Below, one piece after another: positions 1-9,717 of a stretch of 64,000 nucleotides of DNA (its first letter is position 1; every line of letters begins with the position of its first letter). The notes under the pieces are model-generated. The model was given only the letters and a program-made list of their open reading frames with translations, was not told where the DNA came from and made no database searches. Both the position numbers and the translations under genes were made by a program. The stretch is from Alphaproteobacteria bacterium UBA1185. Its GTDB lineage: Bacteria > Pseudomonadota > Alphaproteobacteria > Rs-D84. The stretch covers positions 64,009 through 128,008 of the forward strand of contig DBYN01000004.1 of NCBI GenBank assembly GCA_002310415.1, in the 5' to 3' direction.

Positions 1-441
1 AAAAAAGATTTTGCAGTTTACTTAGCGGCAGATCATCGCGGTGTAGGATTAAAATTGTATTTATCTGAAATGTTACAAGCAGATGGGTACCAAGTCATAA
101 ACTTGGGTACAGATGATTTAAATACCCCCGTTGATTTTCCCGATATTGCTGCTAAATTAGCAGATAAAATGTTGGACGAACCACAATCGCGCGGAATTTT
201 AATCTGTGGAACAGGGGCAGGCATGGAAATTGCAGCAAACAGATATCGCCATATACGTGCCTCACGTTGCGAAAGACCCGAACAAGCACGCGATGACCGT
301 TTTCATGATGACATTAATGTATTAACTTTGGCAGCAGACGATATCGACATTGAAATTGCTTTTCTGTGCGCTCAGGCATTTTTGGAAAGTCCATTTGATA
401 ATTGTGAAAAGCGCATCCGTAGAATACAAAAAATATCTTAA
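1..441 (+). CDS. rpiB: Ribose-5-phosphate isomerase B (RpiB/LacAB family), 5' end cut by window edge
   Basis: Frame 1 is open from base 1 (KKDFAVYLAADHRGVGLKLYLSE...) and runs into the listed 55..441 ORF. It carries the motif ILICGTGAGMEIAANR. TAA stop at 439-441 is followed by a hairpin terminator. Confidence 0.85.
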   Translation, partial: KKDFAVYLAADHRGVGLKLYLSEMLQADGYQVINLGTDDLNTPVDFPDIAAKLADKMLDEPQSRGILICGTGAGMEIAANRYRHIRASRCERPEQARDDRFHDDINVLTLAADDIDIEIAFLCAQAFLESPFDNCEKRIRRIQKIS

Positions 442-476
442 AAAATACCCCGCAATAATTTTGCGGGGTATTTTTT
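441..476. terminator. Bidirectional rho-independent terminator
   Basis: 10-bp stem TACCCCGCAA/TTGCGGGGTA (446-470), flanked by an A run and a T run, between the convergent rpiB and 475..1218 genes. Confidence 0.8.
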
Positions 477-1218
477 ATTTTTGATATCCTTGTTGTTTTC
501 TAATCATGGACAGTATATACTCAGCCGCTCTATCAGCGCGCGCTTTACGCAAAGTCCAGTGGTCTTCTTTTGGTTTGCTTACAACATTAACACCCAACAT
601 TTTATGCAACAAAGCCCCGTTTGATTCTGCGTGATACCAATCAGATTTATCAACATATTCCATAACCCGAGACAAGGCATATTTGATTTCATCTGCGTTT
701 GAATTTGCTTTTTTATAATCTCTGATTGCAATAATTTTAATCAAACCCATCGTATTAGAATCAATCGCTAAACCAGCACCCAAAGCAGAAGACATATCAC
801 ACAATGTTGCATTTGGATTATAAGCCACTTTTTGCATTAATCTGTTAGCCATATCATCTGGGAACCATGGCCACAATGCGTTGAACATCTTGTATTCTTT
901 ATCGCCAGATAATAAACACAATAAATCCATAACACGTTTGCCATAAACTTTGTGAGCAAAACCAATTCTTTTATCTTTACCAGAAGATTTTGTTGCATGT
1001 TTTAATACAACAAACATCTTTTTCAATTCATCACAAGTTTGCAATAAATTTGTGTTTTCTGCCGCAATCATTGAAAAAATGTTTATAAACATGTCAATAT
1101 CTAAATAATTATGTGGCTTATACACCAACAACAATCTGTCCACAGCATCAAGAAATACCTTGTCTTCTTGGGAATATGGGTTTCTGTGATGCATAATAAA
1201 CATATCTTTGTTGTTCAT
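475..1218 (-). CDS. Hypothetical protein, 247 aa, no family recognised
   Basis: ATG at 1218 lies 8 nt downstream of AAGGAG (rc of 1227-1232). The ORF is clean and bracketed by hairpin terminators. Confidence 0.6.
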   Translation of the reverse strand: MNNKDMFIMHHRNPYSQEDKVFLDAVDRLLLVYKPHNYLDIDMFINIFSMIAAENTNLLQTCDELKKMFVVLKHATKSSGKDKRIGFAHKVYGKRVMDLLCLLSGDKEYKMFNALWPWFPDDMANRLMQKVAYNPNATLCDMSSALGAGLAIDSNTMGLIKIIAIRDYKKANSNADEIKYALSRVMEYVDKSDWYHAESNGALLHKMLGVNVVSKPKEDHWTLRKARADRAAEYILSMIRKQQGYQK

Positions 1219-1310
1219 AGTTTTGACTCCTTGTTTTATTATTTATGCACAATATAGCCAAAAAATAAAAAATGTCAAGTGTTTTATTGTAATATTCCTT
1301 TTTACAATCT

Positions 1311-1334
1311 AAAAACCGCCAGTGGCGGTTTTTA
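1311..1334. terminator. Terminator downstream of leuS
   Basis: AACCGCC-agt-GGCGGTT flanked by AAAAA and TTT. Confidence 0.75.
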
Positions 1335-1351
1335 GAAGAAAAGGGCGCAGA

Positions 1352-3751
1352 TTACTTTTTAACCACAAAATTAACCAATTTCTTTGGCACAACAATTGTT
1401 TTAATAATTGTTGCACCGGTTAATTGACGTTCTGCCGCTTTCTTGGCTGATTCTATTAAATCGTTTTCAGCAATATTAACAGGTACCACAAAATCATTTG
1501 CGCGCTTACCATTTACAGAAACGACAATTGTCATATCGCTTTCAACCAACTTAGATTCATCATATTTTGGCCATGGTTCAAAGACCAATATATCTTTGTG
1601 TCCCAATTTTTCCCACATTTCTTCGGTCAAATGTGGCGCAAATGGATTCAGCAATTGAATCAATATTTCATATGCTTTACGTGGCATTTTTCCGCCAGGA
1701 AATTCATTGATAAACTCCATCATGGCAGAAATAGAAGTATTAAAGCCCATATTTTCAATACGTTCTGTTACATCGGCAATCAATTTATTTACCAATCTGT
1801 CTTGTTCTGGTGTCAATTCATCATCTGTTAAATTATCAGAAAATGCTTCGACACGTTTCAAGAATCTTTGAACACCGGCCAGCGTACCTTCTGTCCACAC
1901 AGCATTATTTCTCCAAGGCCCCAAAGAAACCACTGTCACACGTCCAGCATCAGCACCAACTCTATCCAACAATTCTGCAGTCATAAAACCATTATTACGT
2001 GATTTAGACATTTTATGGCCATCACTTCCCATAAGCAGACCCTGAGCAGTACGTTTCGCATATGGTTCCGGTGTATTTACCAAACCCAAATCATATAAAA
2101 CATGATGCCAGAATCTTGAATAAATCAAATGACGAGTATTATGTTCATGTCCGCCATTATAGTGTGTAACTGGCATCCATTTTTCCATTTGTTCACGTGA
2201 ACAAAATTCTTTGTCATTTTTTGGGTCCAGATATCTTAAATAATACCAAGACGATCCAGCCCATTGTGGCATAGTGTCTGTTTCGCGTTTTGCGGGTCCA
2301 CCACACACAGGGCAGGTTGCATTTACCCAATCTGTTGCACGTGCTAACGGGCTTTCGCCATCATCAGTGGGACGGTAATCCATCATATATGGCTGCAACA
2401 GTGGCAGTTCAGATTCCGGCACAGGTTGCCACCCACACTTTTCACAATGAACGAGCGGAATTGGTTCACCCCAATACATTTGACGCGAAAAGCCCCAATC
2501 TTTTAATTTATATTTAGTTGTTCCACGCGCAAAGCCATGTTCAGAACCATATTTAATAGCGGCATCTATTGCTTCCTGTTTACCCATACCGTTTAAGAAA
2601 TCGGAATTGATGTGCTCACCATCGCCTTCCCATACTTCATCTGGTTTACCACCAGCCAACACAGGAATTATATCCAAACCAAATTTCTTTGCAAAATCCC
2701 AGTCACGTGAATCATGTGCAGGCACCGCCATAATCGTTCCATACGCATAATCAACCAACACATAATCAGATGTAAACACCGGAATTTCTGTGTTAGTAAA
2801 TGGATTAATAGCTTTGATACCCTTTAATTCAACACCTGTTTTTTCTTTGGTTGCATCGGTTCTTTCGATTTCAGTTTTTGCCGCAGATTCCTTGATATAT
2901 TTTTCAACTTCGTCTTTATTTGTTATTCGACCTGTATCCAGCCATTTACGCAACAATTTATGTTCTGGGGCAATAACGCAAAATGTCACACCAAAAATAG
3001 TATCAACACGCGTTGTATAAATTGTCATAGTATCATCACCGACTTTGAAATCTACATCTGCACCATGTGATTTGCCAATCAAATTTATTTCGTCTTTTTT
3101 GATACGGTCTTCAAAATCGACATGATTCAAGCCCTCCAACAATTTGTCGGCATATTTAGATAACGCCAAATTCCACTGCAATTTTAATTTCTTTTCAATA
3201 ACCCCATGACAACGCGGACATTTGTTATCTTCTAATTCTTCGTTTGTATATGTTGTTCTACAATTTGGACACCAATTCATCGGTAATTCAGATTTATAAG
3301 CCAAACCGTTTTTGAAAAATTGTATAAACATCCACTGTGTCCATTTAATATATTCTGGATCAGAAGTTGCAAACCGACTGTTTGGATCTATCGACCAACC
3401 GGCTCTATCTGCTGTTTCCGCATAAGATTTTCTTAATTCTGTCACTATATCAGCAGGGTGTTTACCAATTTTTGTTGCATAATGTTCAGCAGCAATACCC
3501 AAAGAATCAAACCCCATTGGATACAACACATCATATCCCTGATGACGACGAAAACGTGCCAACATGTCCAAACCTGAAAAAATAAACATATGTCCAGCAT
3601 GAAAGCCTGCACCAGACAAGAAAGGAAATTCTGACAACAAATAAAATTTTGGTTTTGAACCATCATTTTTTGGTGTAAATGCGTTCTCATCGCGCCAGCG
3701 TTTTTGCCATTTAGCTTCACGTTCCTTTATTTTTTGCATTTCATCAGACAT
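1352..3751 (-). CDS. leuS: Leucyl-tRNA synthetase
   Basis: 799-aa ORF with class I signatures FHAGHMF (HIGH-type) and HKMSKS. It has CxxC zinc knuckles (CPNCRT, CPRCHG) and an ATG start at 3751. Confidence 0.97.
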   Translation of the reverse strand: MSDEMQKIKEREAKWQKRWRDENAFTPKNDGSKPKFYLLSEFPFLSGAGFHAGHMFIFSGLDMLARFRRHQGYDVLYPMGFDSLGIAAEHYATKIGKHPADIVTELRKSYAETADRAGWSIDPNSRFATSDPEYIKWTQWMFIQFFKNGLAYKSELPMNWCPNCRTTYTNEELEDNKCPRCHGVIEKKLKLQWNLALSKYADKLLEGLNHVDFEDRIKKDEINLIGKSHGADVDFKVGDDTMTIYTTRVDTIFGVTFCVIAPEHKLLRKWLDTGRITNKDEVEKYIKESAAKTEIERTDATKEKTGVELKGIKAINPFTNTEIPVFTSDYVLVDYAYGTIMAVPAHDSRDWDFAKKFGLDIIPVLAGGKPDEVWEGDGEHINSDFLNGMGKQEAIDAAIKYGSEHGFARGTTKYKLKDWGFSRQMYWGEPIPLVHCEKCGWQPVPESELPLLQPYMMDYRPTDDGESPLARATDWVNATCPVCGGPAKRETDTMPQWAGSSWYYLRYLDPKNDKEFCSREQMEKWMPVTHYNGGHEHNTRHLIYSRFWHHVLYDLGLVNTPEPYAKRTAQGLLMGSDGHKMSKSRNNGFMTAELLDRVGADAGRVTVVSLGPWRNNAVWTEGTLAGVQRFLKRVEAFSDNLTDDELTPEQDRLVNKLIADVTERIENMGFNTSISAMMEFINEFPGGKMPRKAYEILIQLLNPFAPHLTEEMWEKLGHKDILVFEPWPKYDESKLVESDMTIVVSVNGKRANDFVVPVNIAENDLIESAKKAAERQLTGATIIKTIVVPKKLVNFVVKK

Positions 3752-3929
3752 ATTTTTTCCTTTTTTGTTCGGGTGTAAATTATTTTATTTCAACAAACAA
3801 ACCACGCGCAATTTTATACTGTATTCCCTGAAAAATCAAGTATTTTTACATAGCAAAGCAGGGGATTTTATACAAAAAATCGCCAACAAAAGATGTCAGC
3901 GATTTACATACAATTCTTTATAAAACACA

Positions 3930-4619
3930 CTATTTTACACGACAATTGTATTTGTAATTTACATCTTCAGATTCTTTTGATGCAAAATCCAAAACAATCG
4001 TCTGCCCATATTTAGCAGTGTAAACATCACCATCTTCGGTTATAACTTTCAAACTAACGCGTTCACCATCATTATCGCCGATATATGTCCGAACCAAGCG
4101 TTCTGTTTTTTCCAACGGCATAACAATATGATGCTTATCCAAATCTAATATCGCCCTGGAATCATACAAACGCACAAAAACATCCAAAGTCTTTGCATAA
4201 GCCAAAGGATTTTCTGTTTCACATGTTAAATGACTTTTCCAAAAGGGTGCTTTTGATTCAGAAACTTTACCTGTTATAATTCCTTCGCCATCAATAGGGT
4301 ACGACGAATCCAGACACACTGGCACCAATAAACTGAACACCAAAAATATTGAACCCAAAATCATATTGCCCGGTTTATTATCTCGCTTAACCGTTAAAAA
4401 CAGTAAATCAAAAAACGCCCATATTGCAGATATTAAAACACCAATAATGGTCAAATCCAATATGATGAAACACCAACCTTGACCCTTTTTGCCCATAGCA
4501 AATTTATGTGCACCAAATATACCCAAAATCGCACATAATATAATCAACCGCGCATTTTCAGTATCAAACCAAGAACATGTATTTTCTGAAATTTTCTTTT
4601 GAACAGAACGTTTTTTCAT
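3930..4619 (-). CDS. TM2-domain membrane protein
   Basis: Segment ILCAILGIFGAHKFAMGKKGQGWCFIILDLTIIG resembles the TM2 domain. The track ORF starts at a TTG (4667). The internal ATG at 4619 is preceded by AAAGGAGAGAG, so it was chosen as the start. Confidence 0.75.
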   Translation of the reverse strand: MKKRSVQKKISENTCSWFDTENARLIILCAILGIFGAHKFAMGKKGQGWCFIILDLTIIGVLISAIWAFFDLLFLTVKRDNKPGNMILGSIFLVFSLLVPVCLDSSYPIDGEGIITGKVSESKAPFWKSHLTCETENPLAYAKTLDVFVRLYDSRAILDLDKHHIVMPLEKTERLVRTYIGDNDGERVSLKVITEDGDVYTAKYGQTIVLDFASKESEDVNYKYNCRVK

Positions 4620-5355
4620 ACTCTCTCCTTTTTTTACCTGTAAGAGAATTATATCACACAAAGACAATAAAAAAAAGCAGATTATATAAATTTAATATGA
4701 TTACAGACATACCCAGATAAATAATCCGGTGAAAATAGGGGAATAAACACCCAAAAAACGCATAGAGAATACTGCAACCCCGCAGAAATCCTGGGTTTTT
4801 TGCATAAAAATATCAAAAAAACAGTAAAAAATTGGTAAAAATCACGATTTTTATAAAAATTGTAATATTTAATGTATTTAGTAAAAATATATAAACTGAA
4901 ATATGCCACAAAGAACAACAAATAAAAAAATGAAAAAAAATAAATAAAAGGGCGCATTTGTATAAAAAAATCCTTTTTATTAAAAAACGTAAAAAATTCA
5001 AAATTCGCATCAAATTAAAACAAGCAACCAAATCCATATACCACCAAAACCGCGAAAAACAGGCACAAATATCAACTATACACCGACGCTGATGACAAAC
5101 AAAAATCGCCCTAAGCCAGATAAATTCAGGCTTTAACACATAATCAACAAAGAAATGCGCAGTAGCAAATTATTTTGATAAAAACACACCAATCGATTCT
5201 CAGCGACCTGAGCATATAAATATATGATTTAAAACATTTATCTGGCTGAAAATTTGGGTCCCAAAAACGACCAATCTTTATAATCTCTGTATATTATGCA
5301 TAGTTTGGTATCGGGATCCCCGCGACCTAATACCAAATTGGTAAGATTTGATGTT

Positions 5356-5397
5356 TATATTATGTATAGTTTGCCGAGGCAAACTATACATAATATA
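5356..5397. repeat. Perfect 20-bp inverted repeat with 2-nt spacer (TATATTATGTATAGTTTGCC ga GGCAAACTATACATAATATA)
   Basis: Read directly from the sequence. A third, direct copy (17/19 identical) lies at 5290-5308. Confidence 0.9.
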
Positions 5398-5508
5398 CAT
5401 TATGCGCCTTTTGTGTATCCTATTTTTTTATCTTTAATCATTTAAAAAAACGCCGCCCCAAAATCGGATGACGGTGTTTTTTTCTGTTATTATTTTTAAT
5501 ATCTGTTA

Positions 5509-5793
5509 TTATCTTTGCCCTCTGCCACCATAATTTAATTCACTTAACAGTTGCGCTTGGCAGTCATAAGCATTAAAGAATGCCCTTTTCTTCATTCCAT
5601 GACTTAAACTAGTATGTTTATGTATAACTTCAAAATATTCACTCCAGATATCCGGAGATTCAAATCGTGCCTTTTTATCGGCAAATGCAATAATAATTTT
5701 ATTAATTTGCGCCTGCTTTTCCGAACCATTCGGGATTTCTGCAATTGCCATAATTTGTTTGCTTGTTACAATTTCTATTTCTTTATCGGCCAT
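5509..5793 (-). CDS. Hypothetical small protein (94 aa)
   Basis: The track ORF begins at TTG 5829. ATG at 5793 (MADKEIEIV...) is preceded by GAGGTG. A hairpin with A/T runs lies downstream at about 5447-5482. Confidence 0.5.
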   Translation of the reverse strand: MADKEIEIVTSKQIMAIAEIPNGSEKQAQINKIIIAFADKKARFESPDIWSEYFEVIHKHTSLSHGMKKRAFFNAYDCQAQLLSELNYGGRGQR

Positions 5794-5889
5794 ATTATCA
5801 CCTCTTCTTGCAATACAATTATAAACCAAACCATAAATTTGTCAAGCAAGTTTAAGCATATCCTTAGTATCTGGAATAAATCAGATAAT

Positions 5890-8800
5890 TTATTCACCAC
5901 TTGTCGCGATTACGTCTGTGGCTTCGTATACACCACTTTTGGCGATAATACGTAATGTATGCCCACTGGATAATTGTGTCGGTTCAGACAACGGTTCTTT
6001 TTGGGTCAAATTGATATAATATACACTGCCATTTGAACCTTTTACCGATAACGCTTTGTGTGTTTTATGTTCAAAATCTACCAAGCACATCGGCGCACCC
6101 ATAATAGTTACTTCTTTGGTCAAACAATCTGAACCACATACTACGCCAGGCAAACATAGGCACTCTTCACCATCCCATTCATATTTAACATCACAAACAC
6201 ACCATTCAGCACCAGTAATATATGTACGACCATGATTACCACAGGGGATACATGCGTCCATACCATCATCTGGTGCGACTGTATTCATACCACAAGGTAT
6301 CATACCACTATTATCACTAACTTCTGATTTCAGCCATGCACCACCTGGGCAATAGTTTCCGCTGTAACATTGGGCACGGTCTACCCAATCTTTTGATAAA
6401 TCATAATGAACTATGTATTCTCCAGCAACAGCACACACATAATTATCTTTATCACACACACATTCACCTTCTTTGGAAGCCCACACATACCCTGTTGGAC
6501 AAGTTGTAGAAACACAAGTATTTGTAGCATAACTCCACCCATAACCTTCATCACAAATACATTCTGTTGCACCAGCAGTATCTGTATGCCCGTGTTCACC
6601 ACATGATACACACGCAGACATACCACTCTTTGGCGCAACCGTATTTATATCACACGATGTCGAACCAATCAAACCATTAAGTTCTGATGTTACCCATGCA
6701 CCCCCTGGACAATAATGCCCTGGCTTACATTGACTACAATAATAATCACCTTTTTCGCCATACTCTACATATTCACCAGTATCACAACACAGATAATTAT
6801 CTTTATCACAGATACAACCTTCTTTAGAATTCCACACATACCCGGTTGGACAAGTTGTAGAAACACATTGTCTGCGATAAAAACTCCATGCATACCCCTC
6901 ATCACAAATACATTCTGTTGCACCAGTAGTCTCTGTATGCCCATGTTCACCACATGATACACATGTTGACGACTCTCCCCATGGTTCCGCTGTATTCATA
7001 TCACACAATATTTGGCCAACAGAACCGCTTGCTTCAACTTCTGATTTTTGCCATACACCGCCCGGACAATAATGCCCTGCATCGCATTTGCTGCAACCAT
7101 AATTTGTATAAGCATTACCTTTGCCATCATCGTAGTTTTCATAATATGCATAGCTACCATCATAACAACACACATAATTATCATCATCACAGATACAATG
7201 ACCACTTTTTTCATACCACACATACCCAGTTGGACAATTTGCAGGCAAACACATATTATCTGCTTCACTCCAGCCATAACCTTCATCACAAACACATGCA
7301 TCTGCACCAGCATCTGCATGTCCATGTTCAGGACAAGACATACACGCAGACATACCCTCGTACGGCGCAAATGTATCCACTCCGCACGATGTCATACCAG
7401 TATCACCATTCAATTGTGATATTTCCCATAAACCACCCTCACAATAATTCCCAGGCTCACATTCCCAACATGCATAATAATCACCTTTGTCACCTTTTTT
7501 TCCACCATCAGGTTCATAATGCGCATATTCGCCAACATCACAACATGCATAATTATCTTCATCACAAACACATTCACCTGCTTTGGAATCCCACATATAG
7601 CCAGTTGGACAAGTTGCAGAAATACATGTATTCGTTTTATAACTCCACCCATAACCCTCATTACAACTGCACTCTGTTGCACCAGTGGTATCTGTATATC
7701 CATTCTCACCACAAGGTATACATGCAGACATAGAACCGTCTGGTGCAGCTGTATTTATATCACATGGTATCAAACCAGCATTATCACTAACCTCTGATTT
7801 CAGCCACGCACCACCTGGACAATAGTGTCCGCTGTAACATTGGGCACGATCTGCCCATTCCCAATCATCATAATGAACTATGTACTCACCTGCATTAACA
7901 CATACATAATTATTTTCATCACAGGCACAAGCACTTCCATCCCATACATACCCAGTTGAACAAGGATTAAGAATACAAGCGCTTGCTGTATAATCATAAA
8001 CATACCCATCGTCACAATCACAGGCGGGATGCGACCCAGTTTCACATGAATATAAACCAGGGTTCTCTACTGACAATTCAGAACCACCTGGACAATAATA
8101 ACCATCCAAACAATATGCACAACTTACCATACCAGGTACACCATACGCATATTGCCCAGCGGGGCAATCTATGGTTAATAACCCCATTCGAATATAGAAA
8201 GTTTTATCACCAGAATCTTGTGCACTGACATTAATAGAATAAGTCCAGTTATTATCTTCATCATACCAACCATTAAAGAAATATCCTGGTTTACTGGGAA
8301 TTTGATAAAAAGAATATCCGACCCCTGGTATATAAAAATTAGCCGGCTCACCATTTGTCCACACAGACCCATCTATTTCGTATGTAATATTATAAACCGG
8401 AACATTACATTCGTCATGCGTTGCATTAGCAGCCATACCATTACACTTAAATGTTGTCGCTTGGGTTAAACAACCTGCGCCACTGCACGCAACACATTTT
8501 GTGCCCGAAAAACTTTCGCCAGCCTTGCAGATAACACTGTCTACTGGGGCGCACGATACATGACCATCAAAATATTCCTCAAAGCCTGTTATATATTGTG
8601 ATAATGGTACACCATTTTCTTGATACCACGAACAACTTGTTGCCACACTTGTGTGAGTAAAAGCATCATTAAACTGATTTGTAATTGTTGTCTGCTTATC
8701 AAGGTTGATAAACAATGTTGGAGGTATATAACCCTGCACATTATAACTTCCATTAAACATATCCGCAAACATGTATTCCACCGGTACCCCATATATACCA

Positions 8801-9669
8801 TCAAACAAACTATCAGGAATCTTTCCGATAAAATTATACCCGCAACCACTAAATACACCTGCAAATCGTGGCTGTATCGCCATCAAAGCAGGTGAATTGG
8901 TGGCCAATCCTGTTGTATTACCCAATGTCGGAAATATTGCCCCCAACGAACCAGATATTTCCCTTACTCTGCTTATATAATCAAAAATATGCACAGATTT
9001 ATTTTCATTAACAGAAACAGGATCGTTTTTATCATCAAAATTAAAAACTATAGCGGAACTGCCATCTTGAGCGTACCCCGTCGCATTTCCACCAATACGC
9101 ACAGTAACATCTGTAGCGGACACGTGGTATGTGTGGGAATACACACTATAAAAATAATTCGAAGGCACCTTATTTATGTATTCTACATTGCCATCACCCC
9201 AATCAATCCAAAATTTACCACCCGCACTTAACGAAAAACCAAAATAATCCCCAGTATCTCCTTTTTCATTTATATTGCCAATATTTACTTGGAATTTGTC
9301 CTGTTCCCACATGGCAACGTATGTTGTATTGGTTGTGGGGTTATCTGGCATTGTCCAATGAACCAATGTTTTTGACGCGTTACCGTTCGTTATAGTCTCT
9401 AACCCAACCCTGTCTGTGGAACAAGTGTCTTGATTATTAACCTTGGAATAATGTTCGGAATCACACCAACCCGCAAATATATAATTGTCTTTAATCGGAT
9501 TTGCGGGAACAACCGCATTTTCTGATGTTTCTATTTGATACACAGGGTCGTTACTGCCCGGTAAATGCCCGCCATTTAAATTATACGTAATTGTAACACC
9601 AAATGATGATGTTGCCGACATTACAAACGCAACAATACCGAATAAATATAACTTTATATTATGAAACAT
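5890..9669 (-). CDS. Giant secreted cysteine-rich repeat surface protein, paralog A (1259 aa from ATG 9669)
   Basis: The start was set at MFHNIKLYLFGIVAFVMSATSSFG (signal-peptide-like), which matches the start of paralog B. The N-terminus has Listeria/Bacteroides-type repeat (Flg_new-like) segments (TITYNLNGGHLPG...NYIFAGWCD). The middle holds five tandem Cys-rich modules of about 100 aa. The C-terminal ~70 aa is shared with paralog B. Confidence 0.85.
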   Translation of the reverse strand: MFHNIKLYLFGIVAFVMSATSSFGVTITYNLNGGHLPGSNDPVYQIETSENAVVPANPIKDNYIFAGWCDSEHYSKVNNQDTCSTDRVGLETITNGNASKTLVHWTMPDNPTTNTTYVAMWEQDKFQVNIGNINEKGDTGDYFGFSLSAGGKFWIDWGDGNVEYINKVPSNYFYSVYSHTYHVSATDVTVRIGGNATGYAQDGSSAIVFNFDDKNDPVSVNENKSVHIFDYISRVREISGSLGAIFPTLGNTTGLATNSPALMAIQPRFAGVFSGCGYNFIGKIPDSLFDGIYGVPVEYMFADMFNGSYNVQGYIPPTLFINLDKQTTITNQFNDAFTHTSVATSCSWYQENGVPLSQYITGFEEYFDGHVSCAPVDSVICKAGESFSGTKCVACSGAGCLTQATTFKCNGMAANATHDECNVPVYNITYEIDGSVWTNGEPANFYIPGVGYSFYQIPSKPGYFFNGWYDEDNNWTYSINVSAQDSGDKTFYIRMGLLTIDCPAGQYAYGVPGMVSCAYCLDGYYCPGGSELSVENPGLYSCETGSHPACDCDDGYVYDYTASACILNPCSTGYVWDGSACACDENNYVCVNAGEYIVHYDDWEWADRAQCYSGHYCPGGAWLKSEVSDNAGLIPCDINTAAPDGSMSACIPCGENGYTDTTGATECSCNEGYGWSYKTNTCISATCPTGYMWDSKAGECVCDEDNYACCDVGEYAHYEPDGGKKGDKGDYYACWECEPGNYCEGGLWEISQLNGDTGMTSCGVDTFAPYEGMSACMSCPEHGHADAGADACVCDEGYGWSEADNMCLPANCPTGYVWYEKSGHCICDDDNYVCCYDGSYAYYENYDDGKGNAYTNYGCSKCDAGHYCPGGVWQKSEVEASGSVGQILCDMNTAEPWGESSTCVSCGEHGHTETTGATECICDEGYAWSFYRRQCVSTTCPTGYVWNSKEGCICDKDNYLCCDTGEYVEYGEKGDYYCSQCKPGHYCPGGAWVTSELNGLIGSTSCDINTVAPKSGMSACVSCGEHGHTDTAGATECICDEGYGWSYATNTCVSTTCPTGYVWASKEGECVCDKDNYVCAVAGEYIVHYDLSKDWVDRAQCYSGNYCPGGAWLKSEVSDNSGMIPCGMNTVAPDDGMDACIPCGNHGRTYITGAEWCVCDVKYEWDGEECLCLPGVVCGSDCLTKEVTIMGAPMCLVDFEHKTHKALSVKGSNGSVYYINLTQKEPLSEPTQLSSGHTLRIIAKSGVYEATDVIATSGE
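6140..7970 (-). repeat. Five tandem ~290-bp coding repeats (Cys-rich modules starting C[PS]TGY[VM]W)
   Basis: Protein modules recur with C-x-C-D-x-D-N-Y, GHYCPGG and CGEHGHTDT-GATEC-CDEGYGWS. The first and last modules also share DNA runs (compare 6281-6420 with 7741-7900). Confidence 0.85.
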
Positions 9670-9717
9670 ATTCTTCCCCTTTCCCAGAATTCTGCGGATT
9701 ATATTCACTTCATAAAC

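Noticed and set aside
3752-3929. T-box or other riboswitch leaders upstream of leuS (likewise hisS at 13643-13854 and tyrS at 40379-40492)
   Set aside because: The leaders are short (110-210 nt). I could not find the T-box consensus (AGGGTGGNACCGCG-like) or a specifier-loop architecture. The only strong hairpins there are terminators of the neighbouring genes.
4682-5139. Minus-strand ORFs 4682..4957 and 4813..5139
   Set aside because: They are Phe/Ile/Leu/Tyr low-complexity translations of an A-rich tract. They overlap each other, have no SD, and resemble no family.
6140-7970. Regular periodicity that might suggest a CRISPR-like array
   Set aside because: The repeat units are about 290 bp, imperfect, contiguous without spacers, and in frame within a coding sequence.
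6406-9395. Many plus-strand ORFs inside gene A, for example 6954..7733 (259 aa, His/Thr/Asn-rich)
   Set aside because: They lie antisense to a long, well-supported repeat-rich gene and have low-complexity composition. They recur with the same period as the coding repeats, so they are repeat-driven artefacts.
5890-9669. Diversity-generating retroelement as an explanation for the conserved and variable regions in paralogs A and B
   Set aside because: No reverse-transcriptase-like ORF is in the window. The differences between the conserved ends involve all base types rather than adenine-specific changes. The variable middles are not alignable template/variable-repeat pairs.
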